Part shown: in pieces, positions 1 through 11,635 of the stretch | How positions within the stretch are numbered: position 1 is the first letter of the stretch | How the letters are laid out: every line of letters begins with the position of its first letter | Origin: the human T2T-CHM13v2.0 reference genome, Homo sapiens | Assembly (NCBI RefSeq): GCF_009914755.1 | Contig: NC_060928.1 | Reading direction: 5' to 3' (one strand) | DNA length: 64,000 nucleotides | The notes under the pieces: generated by a model | The model's input: only the letters and a program-made list of their open reading frames with translations | Databases searched by the model: none | What the model was told of the DNA's origin: nothing | Made by a program: the position numbers and the translations under genes

Positions 1-309
1 ATTGGAGCCAGACCAAAGTTTATCAGACTAACTACATATCTCAATCTTTTATTCATATGTAATGTTCTTTTTCATTTACATACCTTCTTACCTTTCTGTG
101 TCCCTCTCTACTTGATTTCCTGTGCCCTACTCTCTTTCTTCCTGCAGTTTATGGCGTTTGAGTCAATAGTGAGACTTTTACCTTCCCACCTTAATGAATT
201 GTATACAATAAGGGAGGAGCAGTGGCACATTCATGAAAACATATGCTCTGTGTTAATATTCTAATTTATTCATAACGAGCATATCTAATTTATTCTTCTC
301 AATATTTCC

Positions 310-430
310 ATATTGTAGATATTATCCCATTTTAGTAATGACAAAACTGAGTCACTATGAATAATTACATATCATAGCTCATGCATCCTATAAATTTGCG
401 ACCCCATGTTCTCTTCATATTACTATGTAG
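310..430 (-). mobile_element. MIR SINE fragment
   Basis: ATTATCCCATTTTAGTAATGACAAAACTGAGTCAC resembles the antisense MIR core; boundaries approximate. Confidence 0.55.
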
Positions 431-2309
431 TCAAAGATTGCCTGCAATTTGAAACACACTGAACTCCATTTTCCCACATTTTGCCTGGAAAATGAAGGTT
501 GAGAATTTATAGCACACTGTGCAAAAACCCATGTTACTGTTTGTCATGGGACCTGTTGTATGGTGAATAGCACAGTTTTACTTATGCATACACATCAATT
601 CTTACCTCACTGAAAGGTGATGCTATAGTCTCTGAACCTCAGCATCTACTTCAGCTTCCAATTGCTTTAGTCTCTGAGGCTTCATATTGCTGGATATTTT
701 ACATGCTCTGTCAAGTCATTCTAGAAAAATCACCTACTCATTAGTTCAGCACAATGGAAATTTGTATTATCTGCCATAGGATTTCTTCATATTTTTCACT
801 TGTATTGTCTTTACTTGTTAAATATCCATTAGATATGATAAAAATCTAATTAAATGGAAAGCCTGCTAATGCAGTCTATGATATTATGAATCCATTCCTG
901 GGTTCATAGTATACTAAACATCAATACAATGGATATAAAACTGTGGCTATTTAGCTACACTTTAATTCCCTCTGAAATGCCACTCTGGCATCAGTTGAAA
1001 GAAAAATGGAAGAAATGTGTTTTGAAGCTTTACATTCATTTTAACAGATTAGGTTCTAGTTCCCTAAAATACCAAGATTTGGAAATCATTTAACTCAGTT
1101 ATGTCTTTTCACTTCATTGTATTTTACTTACAGATTCTGTGCTCATAATAGAGTAACTGTACCAGAAAAGAAGCAACAATGATAAACAGCTCTATAAACA
1201 AACATAAACTTTTAGTGAGATTTACACATTTGAAGATACTTCTTTGCTAATTAAATGTAAAATATACTATGAAAGTCTTTCTACCTTCTTTTAAAGTCCA
1301 AGATTTATATCTAATTTAATATATCACAAATATTAAAATGTATAATGTTATCAAATATTATATAAAAAATAGTTAATACCATAAATTTAACTATTCCCAT
1401 ACAGTTTAATGAAAAAGGTAAAATACCTTAATAATTTAATTTTTGTTTTATCTATCTATTTTAAAGAGGCCACAGTCACACTATATCCCTTAGCAATCAT
1501 TTGGGAATAAAAGAAAAACAATAAAATGTAAAGTATAATTTAGAGCTTTTTAGTAATTTTGAGACATATATAATCCACAAATGCTGCTAAAGAAATTATC
1601 CTGTCATATTTGCACATTTAGTTGTACAAGCATGCATTAAAAATATATATATTTAAAAGCCCTTCTACATTCCATATGCTTTTAAGTGCAAAAGACAAAT
1701 AGATTGACCAAGAAAACTACGTTTCATTACCTTTTTGAATTTATACACAAGTGATGGGGAGATATAATAAAAGTTATAAATATAACTAAATAATTTTAGT
1801 TGCATAGTGCTATAAAGAGGAAAAACAAGACCCATGAAAACATGTAAGTGATCTGGATCCAGCCCAGCCAAGGCAGAAGGTGGAAGTAAGAGTATAAGAC
1901 CTCACTTTAAGCTCAGAGTGAAGGATAAGCAGGAGTTAGACAGGAAAAGTAGGGACAGGGGTGAGGCATGGGATAGGCCATGGAGGGAGAGCATTCCAAG
2001 GAAACAAAAAATCTGATGCTCCACAAAATGTCAACAACCCACGGCCATGGGAGAAGAGACTGGTAGTTCTAAATTATATGAAACCTTGTAAGATATACTG
2101 AAACTTTTGAAGAAATGCATCAGTGTAGCTTTTCTTATTCTATGATTGGGCATGCATTATTTGTAGAGAACTGGGGTATCATTGATACAGAATGCTACTG
2201 AGGTACTTTACTTATAATGTTTATTGAGAATGAAATTATCCCATACATTTAGATTAAACAGGAATGAAGGAATGAATCAAGATATTCTAATTTCTTCCAG
2301 AATTTTTCT

Positions 2310-2604
2310 TTCCTTTTTTTTTTTTTTTTTTTTTTTGAGACAGTGTCTCACTCTGTCACCCAGGCTGAAGTGCAGTGCAGTGGTGCAGTGGTGCAGTCAT
2401 GGCTCACTATTTTCTCCACCTCCCAGTCTCAAGTGATCCTCCTGCCTCAGCCTCCTAAATAGCTGGGACTACAGGCTCACACCACCATGCAAGGCTAATT
2501 TGTGTATTTTTTGTAGAAATGGGGTTTTGTCATGTTGCCCAGGCTGGTCTCAAACCTCTGGGCTCAAGCAATCCTCTCACCATGGCCTCCCACCACATGT
2601 GATC
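2310..2604 (-). mobile_element. AluJ SINE
   Basis: Poly-T head then GAGACAGTGTCTCACTCTGTCACCCAGGCTG...GGGCTCAAGCAATCCT; TSD TCTTCCA(G/A)AATTTTTCT at 2293-2309 and 2605-2621. Confidence 0.95.
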
Positions 2605-4699
2605 TCTTCCAAAATTTTTCTAAATACTTTAGTTTGATTTGATCTATTCTTATTTTGTTATTTGAAGTTACCAAGTAACTCATTTTTCTAATCTGTCCAT
2701 TATTTAGAGGTAAGTGATAACTGATTTATGTTCATCAGAGTTTGTGTGGAGACTGGGCTTGGGAAGATCCATTTTGCCTGTAAGACTATAAAGGATTCTC
2801 TTTCTAAATCCCTCCAAGATCTTTACAATCCCACTCCATTTCACATTTTAGTAAACCCTGAGTTATCATTAGAGTTAGTGTTACCTTCATTTTCTTCTTC
2901 CAATTACTCAGAATGCATAGGATTCCTAGGGTAGCAGTTCTTAAAATTTAATGGGAAGTTTGATTCAGTACCCTGGGATAGAGTTTGAGAAATCTGTGTT
3001 ATTAAAATTACCTTTCGCTCACTGTTTTGCAAGACATTCGCAGATCTGCATGTTGACTGTTGACTACTGTTTCCTTGAAAGTAAAACAGCTGACAAAAAC
3101 AAAATTATCGATGACAGAAAAACCATCAAGTGCAAGTAACTTGAGTCTCAGATCAGTCATCTCTAAATAAGACAGTAAATTTTATGTATCAACCTTCCAA
3201 GAGGAAGTCTATGCCTAGAGCAGACTTGCTGATATAGCAAACTAAAAATGCAAATTTCAGAGTATGCTAAAAATTTCTATTTTTGTTCCTGTTAATTTTT
3301 CAAAGGAATTCAAGCCTTTTCTGTATACATACGGGCTCAGGATACTGCCATGCAAGTCTTATTTTTGCATCCCAACATTAGCTGGCATACAGCTTGCAGA
3401 AAAATACCTAGACTACCTGGCAAGAGTCTAATTTTCACTTTCTTGTAACTTGCATCTTTGTTACTGTTAAAGTATTGAACCAGCAAATAGGTTTAGTTTA
3501 ATTGTCAGAGTAATTATTGGCCTTAACACATGGCCTCCTCTATCATAACTGTCATCCTTCACACTGTTCATTTCTTATGTCAAGGCCCAGAAAATGATTA
3601 ATGCTCACAACAAAAATGAGATTCATTTTTTAAAGTTACTAATGTCATTGCACATACAGTTAATGCATACACTATGTTTAAGAAATGAGTAATTCTGCAG
3701 GTAGATTGTCATACGGAAGATAATTTTAAAAAATTGAACTCTGACACACTATAGGAAGGCCATATGATTCTGTAAAAATTAACAGATATGTTTTGATAAT
3801 CTCAGATTAAAACTTTTATTCCTTTTATTTTGCCTGAGGGAAAAATAACTGGTATATGTATGAGTGTGTGTTAATCTTTCATCGCTATAAACTTTTGAAA
3901 TATGTTCAGTGCCATGTTTGATATAAATATACTTTGTAAAATAAATAACTTTTGTGAAATATTGGGTGCTTTTACAAGATACCAGTATACTGATACAGGA
4001 AAATTAGTCACAGTATGACACACTCCAGGGCAAATCTTGGGTCCCATAGATATATAGTATATAGTGAGTCGTATTTGCTCACTGCTACTCAAAGAATCTT
4101 CAGTAATTATTTTCCTTTGACACAAAAATAAAATAATTAGAATGGGATATATACCCAGACACACATGACATCCACACATACAGCTACCCACACAGAAGGG
4201 TCGGTGTGAGTGTGCTCCTTGTGTAGGGGGAGGGTATGTGTGTGAGGGTGTGTGTGCTAGAAGAGGATTACATTATTGAGTTGCATAATAAAACTGTTAC
4301 GGTCAATTAGATTATTTTTTGACTGTTCGTTTTTAACTTTTATAATTAAAGATCTACCAAGAAAGTAAATGTGCTGGAAGGAAACATTAGCATCTTGTGT
4401 TGAAATGTTGCCTCATTCCTCTGTAAAGATTGTTCTCTCTACTTCTATAGGAATACAATAAAATGAAGGTCTGCTATTTTCATTTTAAAGAAGATAGTTA
4501 ATATATTAACTAAAAGAAGTTAATATATTAAGTGAATATTGAGTGGAACTCACTCTAGAGTATATTAATGAAGGTAGTATATCAGTATGCCCCTGATAAG
4601 AACTAAAGAAATGCTTTTTCTGATCCCTGGAGAATTTAATTATGAAAGAGAGCCAGGGAAAAAAATGATGTGAAGTGATCTGAAATATGTGAAATAATT

Positions 4700-4932
4700 T
4701 TATCACATAATTAAGAAAATGATTGCAATGCATGAAAGTTTGGCTCAAACAATAACTTAAAAAATTGAATAAATTTCTCAGTGTGGAAGTAAGTCCTCCG
4801 CTCATGGAAGTGCTTATGTAAAGACTAGATAATTCTTCATCCGAGATACTAGAGAAGAGATTCCCACTTTGCCTGGGAGACTGGTAAAAATTACCTTGAA
4901 ATCTTTTTCAGTTTTAGAGCTCTGTGGTTCTA
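4700..4932 (+). mobile_element. L3/CR1 LINE 3' end fragment
   Basis: CATGGAAGTGCTTATGTAAAGACTAGATAA...GAGAAGAGATTCCCACTT...GAGCTCTGTGGTTCTA follows the L3 3' terminus; highly diverged. Confidence 0.5.
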
Positions 4933-5281
4933 AGCATGTATAAGTAGGTTTCTCAGTATTGTGCTGAATTAATTTCTTTAACTTACCTGTGTAAACAGAA
5001 ATTTTTTAAAAATACTATATACTATGTAATTTTTCTCCCCTTTTATGACCTTGCTGTTATAGTTCAGATAGTCATTATGTTTTGCTTTGTGTGGTAATAA
5101 CAGCCCCATACCAGTCACCGTGCCTCCACGTTTTTCTCATCCAGTCCAGATCCACTTAAAAATTGTATTTCTCCATATGTTGCTAAGGGAAATAAGAAAT
5201 CCTTAGCAAAGTACTCAAGGATCTGATACTACTACTTTTCTTTTTAGCCTCACCTCTTGATGCATCGCTTCTTAAACGAGA

Positions 5282-5681
5282 TGATCTGGACTGAATTGTG
5301 TTCTCCCCAAAATTTATATTTTGAAGTGCTAACCTCAACGTGACTATATTTAGAGATAGGGCCATTAAAGAAGTAATGAAGGTTAAATAAGGTCATTGAG
5401 CCATGCCCTAATTCATTATGACCAATGTCCTTATAAGAAGAGGAAGAGATACTAGGAATGCATGTGCACAGAAAAAAAAAAAAAAAAGCCATGTGAGGAC
5501 ACAGTGAAAGTGGCCATCTGCAAGCTGAGGGGAAAGGCCTTGGGAGAAACCAACCCTGCCAACACCTTGACTTTGGACTTTCAGATTCCAGAACTATATG
5601 AGAAAATACATTTCTATTGTTTGAGTCACCCAGTCTGTGGTATTGGGTATTTTGTTATGGCAGCCCTAGGGGACTAATACA
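5282..5681 (+). mobile_element. MaLR solo LTR (MLT1A0/MLT1B-like)
   Basis: Starts TGATCTGGACTGAATTGTG, contains GTCCTTATAAGAAGAGGAAG and AACCAACCCTGCCAACACCTTGA, ends TTATGGCAGCCC...ACTAATACA; internal A16 expansion at 5472-5487. Confidence 0.92.
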
Positions 5682-5761
5682 GGGAGTCCTACGTTTAACC
5701 CCCATGCAAATGTGTAGAGTAACTAATCAGTTTCCTTAATGGAAGAGATAACTAGGCATTT

Positions 5762-5835
5762 AGGGTGCCACTAGGATCACAGGTATAGAAGCCCAGGATG
5801 CTGCTGAACATCCTACAAAGCAGAGGACTGCCCTA
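5762..5835 (+). mobile_element. MER20 (hAT-Charlie) fragment
   Basis: GGTGCCACTAGG...CCAGGATGCTGCTGAACATCCTACAAAGCAGAGGACTGCCC matches the MER20 3' half. Confidence 0.65.
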
Positions 5836-6921
5836 CATGCTTATTTCATCCACAGTACCTGCCCCTCTTCTCAACATGCTCATCCCACTGACCTTATGTT
5901 CCCATCTCAATGAGAACTTTTTCAACACCTCAAAGAGAAATACTTGATCCTCATTTATACCTTCTCCATTGTTTTTTTTTAAATCGACAATTGCTCTTTA
6001 TGTAATGAATTTTGAATGATGTTTGCCTTTTAATTTCTTCTACTGGCCTGTAAACTTTTTGAAAGTTTTCATGAAATGTTAAACCTTACATCCCTCGTAT
6101 TCTTCAGAGCAATTTGTATGATTTTGCCTAGTATATTCCTAATGCTCCTGATCTCAATTTTATTTTGCCCCATTGATAAAAATAGAGACAACTAGTACCC
6201 TCTCGTGTACATTCTGACTGATAGGTTCAGGGACCTAGAAATGCATATTTTTGACAACGGTTTTACGACATTGTGACAAGCTGGTGGGTTTAAGAAGAAT
6301 TTTATTCAATCTTAATATACTAAACGGTATATATCTTTGGCATGTGTAACAGATTACTTATATAAGTAAATGTAGCATTTCACAAATTGGCAATAATAAT
6401 TTTATGGCATTATGGAACTTTAGAGCTATAACATTTCAGCTAACAGGTATGAACATTGAGCGCAGAGTTAAAGTCTTACAGAACTAAGAATTATGGTCAG
6501 AAAATATTTACAGGCCATTTCCCATCTAGTGCTTATTAGTGGTATTTATGTGAAGTTATCTTCAGTATATCATGGAAATTTAATGCTGGTTCATGCCTTA
6601 AAGATAATCTATTATAACTCTTTATTATATAAAAGAGCTTAATCCTCAGAGAATTTTGGTGAATTGACAGGTTACCAAGATCCTAAGAATGACACCCTAT
6701 CACCCTTATACTTGGCTCCTATTTATTCCTAAAAAATCATTTCAGTTCATTCACTGGAAATTTTCATTCTATCATATGTATGAAATGTAAGGCAATATCA
6801 AAAATTAAAATTATCACCTACCCTAAATATGCAATTGTTAGAGATGCTTGAGAAGAACTATAGTAGCATTTCTATTGAAGCAAACAAGAATTTTTTACTA
6901 TAATTTTTAAGTAGTAAGTAA

Positions 6922-6922
<1 letters not shown>

Positions 6923-6956
<34 letters not shown>
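6923..6956. repeat. (TG)17 microsatellite
   Basis: Direct read of uninterrupted TG repeats. Confidence 0.98.
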
Positions 6957-6959
<3 letters not shown>

Positions 6960-7174
6960 TTTAATCTGTGTCCTTAACGGAATAAAGTCAATGTTGGGGA
7001 TTAGGTTACTTTTGGATGCCCCTATCACACAATGCAAACCAAGTTTCTGGCAGAATATATTGCTTTCATTACTGTTCATTTTCATAAAATCTTTATGTAA
7101 ATAATATTTTGAATGAAAATTGATGAATCTTAGATTTTCTCATTACTTTCTTTCTAAACTAGGAAGCATTCAGA

Positions 7175-7560
7175 TGTTAATAACAGCAATTTAACTAAAA
7201 GAGCTTAAAGACAGATGAGTTTATTCTCTCGCACACCAAATAAAGCTAGAAGTGAGCATTCCTAAATTTACAAAAGCATCAGGAAGCAGGTTTCTCATAT
7301 TCTGCTCTGATGTCCTTAGTTATGGCTTCCATCCTAAAGATCCAAGATGAACCTGCATGTCCAACTATGGCATCCTTGTTTTGAACAGAAAATAAGGAAT
7401 GGGAGAAGGGCAAAAAGAACATGTGCAAGATATCTCCCCTTTTATAATGAGTTTTCCAATAAGCGCCACTAATAACATATAGTTATATTTCATTAGCAAC
7501 TACCATCATCTGGAATAAAGTCAGGGCTTTGTTACTATGAAGAAAATACACATTGGATTG
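7175..7560 (-). mobile_element. Ancient MaLR LTR (MLT1J/K/L-like)
   Basis: GCTTAAAGACAGATGAGTTTATTCTCTC...CCTTAGTTATGGCTTCCATCCTAAAGATCCAAGATG follows antisense MLT1K/L layout; diverged. Confidence 0.5.
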
Positions 7561-8723
7561 TTAGCCAACAGTTTTCTCAATGTATGCTTTGTTATTATTT
7601 TTGCTTCTCTTTAGATGTTTTCACCTTTGTTTAGGGGAATATGTTCATAAAGTCTAGTTTGGAATAATTAAGATGTTTTAATCTTTGGTAACTACAGCAT
7701 GTGATACTAAAAACATTTGGCATTTGCCTCAGAAAGTTAATAGAGAGAAATGAAAAAATATCAACTTAATTACTGAGAAAACAAAACTAATAGAGAAGGT
7801 GATACATAGCAGCATCTTTGTGCACAAATCACAACACATAATGCATAAACTTCTGTTTTCCTACAGGTAAAATCTTAGACACGCAATTTAGAAACTAATA
7901 ATAGAGCAAATAGTGGATAAAGTCATCAGTGTATGACTTGTCCTATTGGTCAGATTACTTTATTTCTGGAGTTAACATTAATCATTATTTTTGTTGTTGT
8001 TGAGTTGTTTTGTTTTTAGCAACTTAATTCAGACTGTTTTAAATAAGAATGTATTTTAGTAATTAATTCAACATCCTGAAATATTACTTTCAAATGGACA
8101 GTGAATAATTTTGTCACATTTAAAGCCAGCTAAAGAAATCTTAAGATTCATTCTCAAATTATTTGTTTTCTCAAAGTTATCTTGTCTGATGTTTAGAAGT
8201 TTTAACAGTCTTCATTTTTATTACATAACTTTTGGTACTATAATGAGTATAATTTAAATATTTTAAATCATTTAAACAATAAGGAAGGGGGATGAAAGAG
8301 GAAGTGTTTCTAATGAGGCAAGGATCCTTTTATGCCTTTTGTAGCACTTAGTCCTTAAGGTTTCAATCCTTATGAAGAAAGGGTGAATATGGACTTCCTT
8401 CAGATAAGTAACCCTGGCAAGGTTTCTGTCCATCCTCTGGCCTGGTAAGCCCTCTCTTCAAGGTAATGAGTATTCTGTGTGTATTTCTCTTCCTGCAGTT
8501 AGACTGTTCATGCATGATAATAAAAAGCTAAAGGGATTAAAACTTGCTTATATGCCTTCTGATCTTACATTATAATGTGTCCACCCATCAAACTATTTCA
8601 TTAAACATTATTATTTTCCTAGGACATTGGCAAATGACTAGTATAATTACTTGTCAGGGTTTTTGATCGTTTTCTTTTGTTTTATTTTTGCTTAAACAAC
8701 AGGTACAAAAAATTTTGCCATGG

Positions 8724-9052
<329 letters not shown>

Positions 9053-9436
9053 TTACCTAGGCTTTAATTACTATGTAATTTTTACTTTTTCAAATGTGTG
9101 GATACAAATCATTAATTGAAGTTTTCAAACTTACCTATTTGGAATCAGTAACTAAGATAAGTTTATACACTTATTTCCCATGCAATATAAACTTAATTAT
9201 TTTACATTTCAAAGAGATTGAAATCTTCAAAGTGATAAAATACGCATTAATCTTTTCAACACATTATTATTAAAATGATAGAGATGGTTGGAAATTCCGT
9301 GTTATGATTTTTTAAATGCCAAATTAGTTTTCTACCTTCATAATTTTTTGCAGTATATAAGCTAACTATGTATATATGTTATACTATTTATTACTGGGAT
9401 TTTGTTTTTCAAACTTCTACTTTTATCAGTAATAGA

Positions 9437-9612
9437 AAGGAGCTATTGAGGGATTCTAATATTCTATATATTGATCATAGTGCTGTTTACCTATATTTTT
9501 ACGCGTTACAATTTCACATATGCTACAAGGTCATTAATCAAAATTAATGGAGCTGTACATTCGAGATATGTACATTTTACAGTATGTGTGTTATAGCTCA
9601 ATAAAATTTTAA
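9437..9612 (+). mobile_element. Old L1 (L1MC/L1ME) 3' end
   Basis: AATATTCTATATATTGATC...GAGCTGTACATTCGAGATATGTACATTTTACAGTATGTGTGTTATAGCTCAATAAAA. Confidence 0.6.
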
Positions 9613-9689
9613 AATATGTATTGGACATCAATTTACAGTTTATTATAAAACAAATGATACACTGTATTGATATTGTCTGCTTATTTTTC

Positions 9690-9800
9690 TTTTTATGAAT
9701 AGGGACTTTATTGTTTTTACTTTCGGTATCCTTAATGCTTAGTACAGTATCTGGATTTTAATGGAGGCTTCATAAGAGTTTTCTGACTGAAATAATGAAA
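9690..9800 (+). mobile_element. L2 3' end fragment
   Basis: AGGGACTTTATTG...GTATCCTTAATGCTTAGTACAGTATCTGG...TGACTGAAATAATGAA. Confidence 0.45.
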
Positions 9801-11336
9801 AGTACATTGAAACAGAAAAGTCAAGTTTTTCAATACCATCAATTTACAAATGTATATACGAAAATGCATCATATTTAGATATGGCTGTTGTCCTCAAAGG
9901 GCTGACAGTAATACTGTTATTTATATAAAACAATTTTTCCTTATCAGTAAAATTTCTTCAGGAATTTGGGGTTTATTGGTACTTTGAGAGCTCTCCTAAT
10001 TTGTGCTAAAATTGTATCATTAATATAATACTTTTGCTAATGCTTATTTATTATCTTAGCGTTTTCAGACTTTTATTATTGTCACCATAATTTTAAACCT
10101 ACAAAGGCTTTACTTTGAAGGTCCATTTTACAAAATCAAGATGATTGAAAACACTTACCTATCCATGTGTTTCTTTATATTATATACATATGTTTTCACT
10201 TAAGCTGCCTGTAAAATTCTTATCTGAGAATTAAAAATAGGCTTAACCAAGTCCTTTATTCATGCTATGTATGTTAGCATTAGGGGAAACCCTAAAAATT
10301 TTACTCAAAGACTATACTGTTCAATCATAATTTGGAAGACTTTAATTACTAGGCTTTCAAACCTGTGATTAGAGAGCATGATCCTGAGGTAGATATGGAA
10401 ATGTATTACCAGTGATGAAAAGACATGATTGCAAACTAGAGAGAAGAGTGTGCGTAATACATGATGAGTGGGAAAAGATAAAGATGAGAAAGTTGGTGTC
10501 CTGGAGGGTCGAAGGTGAGATTGCTCAGGGCTAGGGAAGTGGTTTGGAGGAGATTTAGGTCTTCATCTTCCAACAGAAGTTGGATTAGTACTAAAAGAGG
10601 TGACAGAGGGTGAGGCTACTTAAGGAAATTTTATAGGGAAACTTAACAGGAGAACAGAAAATGATACCTGTTTTCCAACCTTGTTAGAGATAAAATAACT
10701 TTTTCTAAGGTACTTTGAAAGCAAGTTTATATAAATATTTACTTTTATTACTCTTAGTATTATCAATGTGTTGGTAAAATGTCCAATTGAGTTAATACAT
10801 TATTATTAAAATTATTCATATATCATGATTTTATGTATAAATAGCTTGAGATATGTTATGCTTATAAAATTATATTCATAGCTAATTCTGATCACTTAAC
10901 TGAACTTTCAAATAGTTCTGAAGCAAGGGCTATGAAGACACAATTTGGAATAGCTATGTTGTAGGTTTTCAAATGCTTCTTTTATAGAATTAGGGTTGGC
11001 TTAGAAAGTATTGTTTTCACCCGCAAAAATGGCAGTTTTACATGATTCAGTATTACAGTTAGAAGTGTAGATTTGTCAAAGTATTCCAAAATGCTAGCAA
11101 ATAAAATCAGAGAATGTTGTATTGTTTCCTTACTAGATATTGCCTTTTAAAACTCTGAACATAATGACGTAATAGAGGTCATTAAAATCCAATTAGTAAA
11201 AGTGTCTGAATTTTTTATGTGAATTAATTCAAATATTAAGAATATCAAATCATTGTTTTCTTTAGATGTTTTGCTCTCATTTTAAGTATTCACTTACTTA
11301 ATTTTATGTCATTAGCTCTAAAACAAATACACAAAA

Positions 11337-11635
11337 GGCCAGAGTTGGTGGCTTATACCTCTAATTCCAGAGTTTTGGAGGCCCAGGCAGGAGGATTGCC
11401 TGAGGCCAGGAGTTCAGGACCAGCCTAGGCAACAAAGTGACACCCAGTCTTTACAAAAAACAAACAAAAAATTAGCCGAGTGCTGTACTGTGCCCTTGTA
11501 GTCCTAGCTACTATGGAGGCTGAGAAGGGAGGGTTGCTTTAGCCCAGGAATTTTGAGGTTACAGTGAGTTATGATCATGCTACTGCACTCTAGCCTGGGT
11601 GACAGAGTGAAACACTCTCTCTAATTAAAAAAAAA
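11337..11635 (+). mobile_element. AluJ SINE
   Basis: GGCCAGAGTTGGTGGCTT...GGAGGATTGCCTGAGGCCAGGAGTTC...GCACTCTAGCCTGGGTGACAGAG plus short A tail. Confidence 0.93.
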
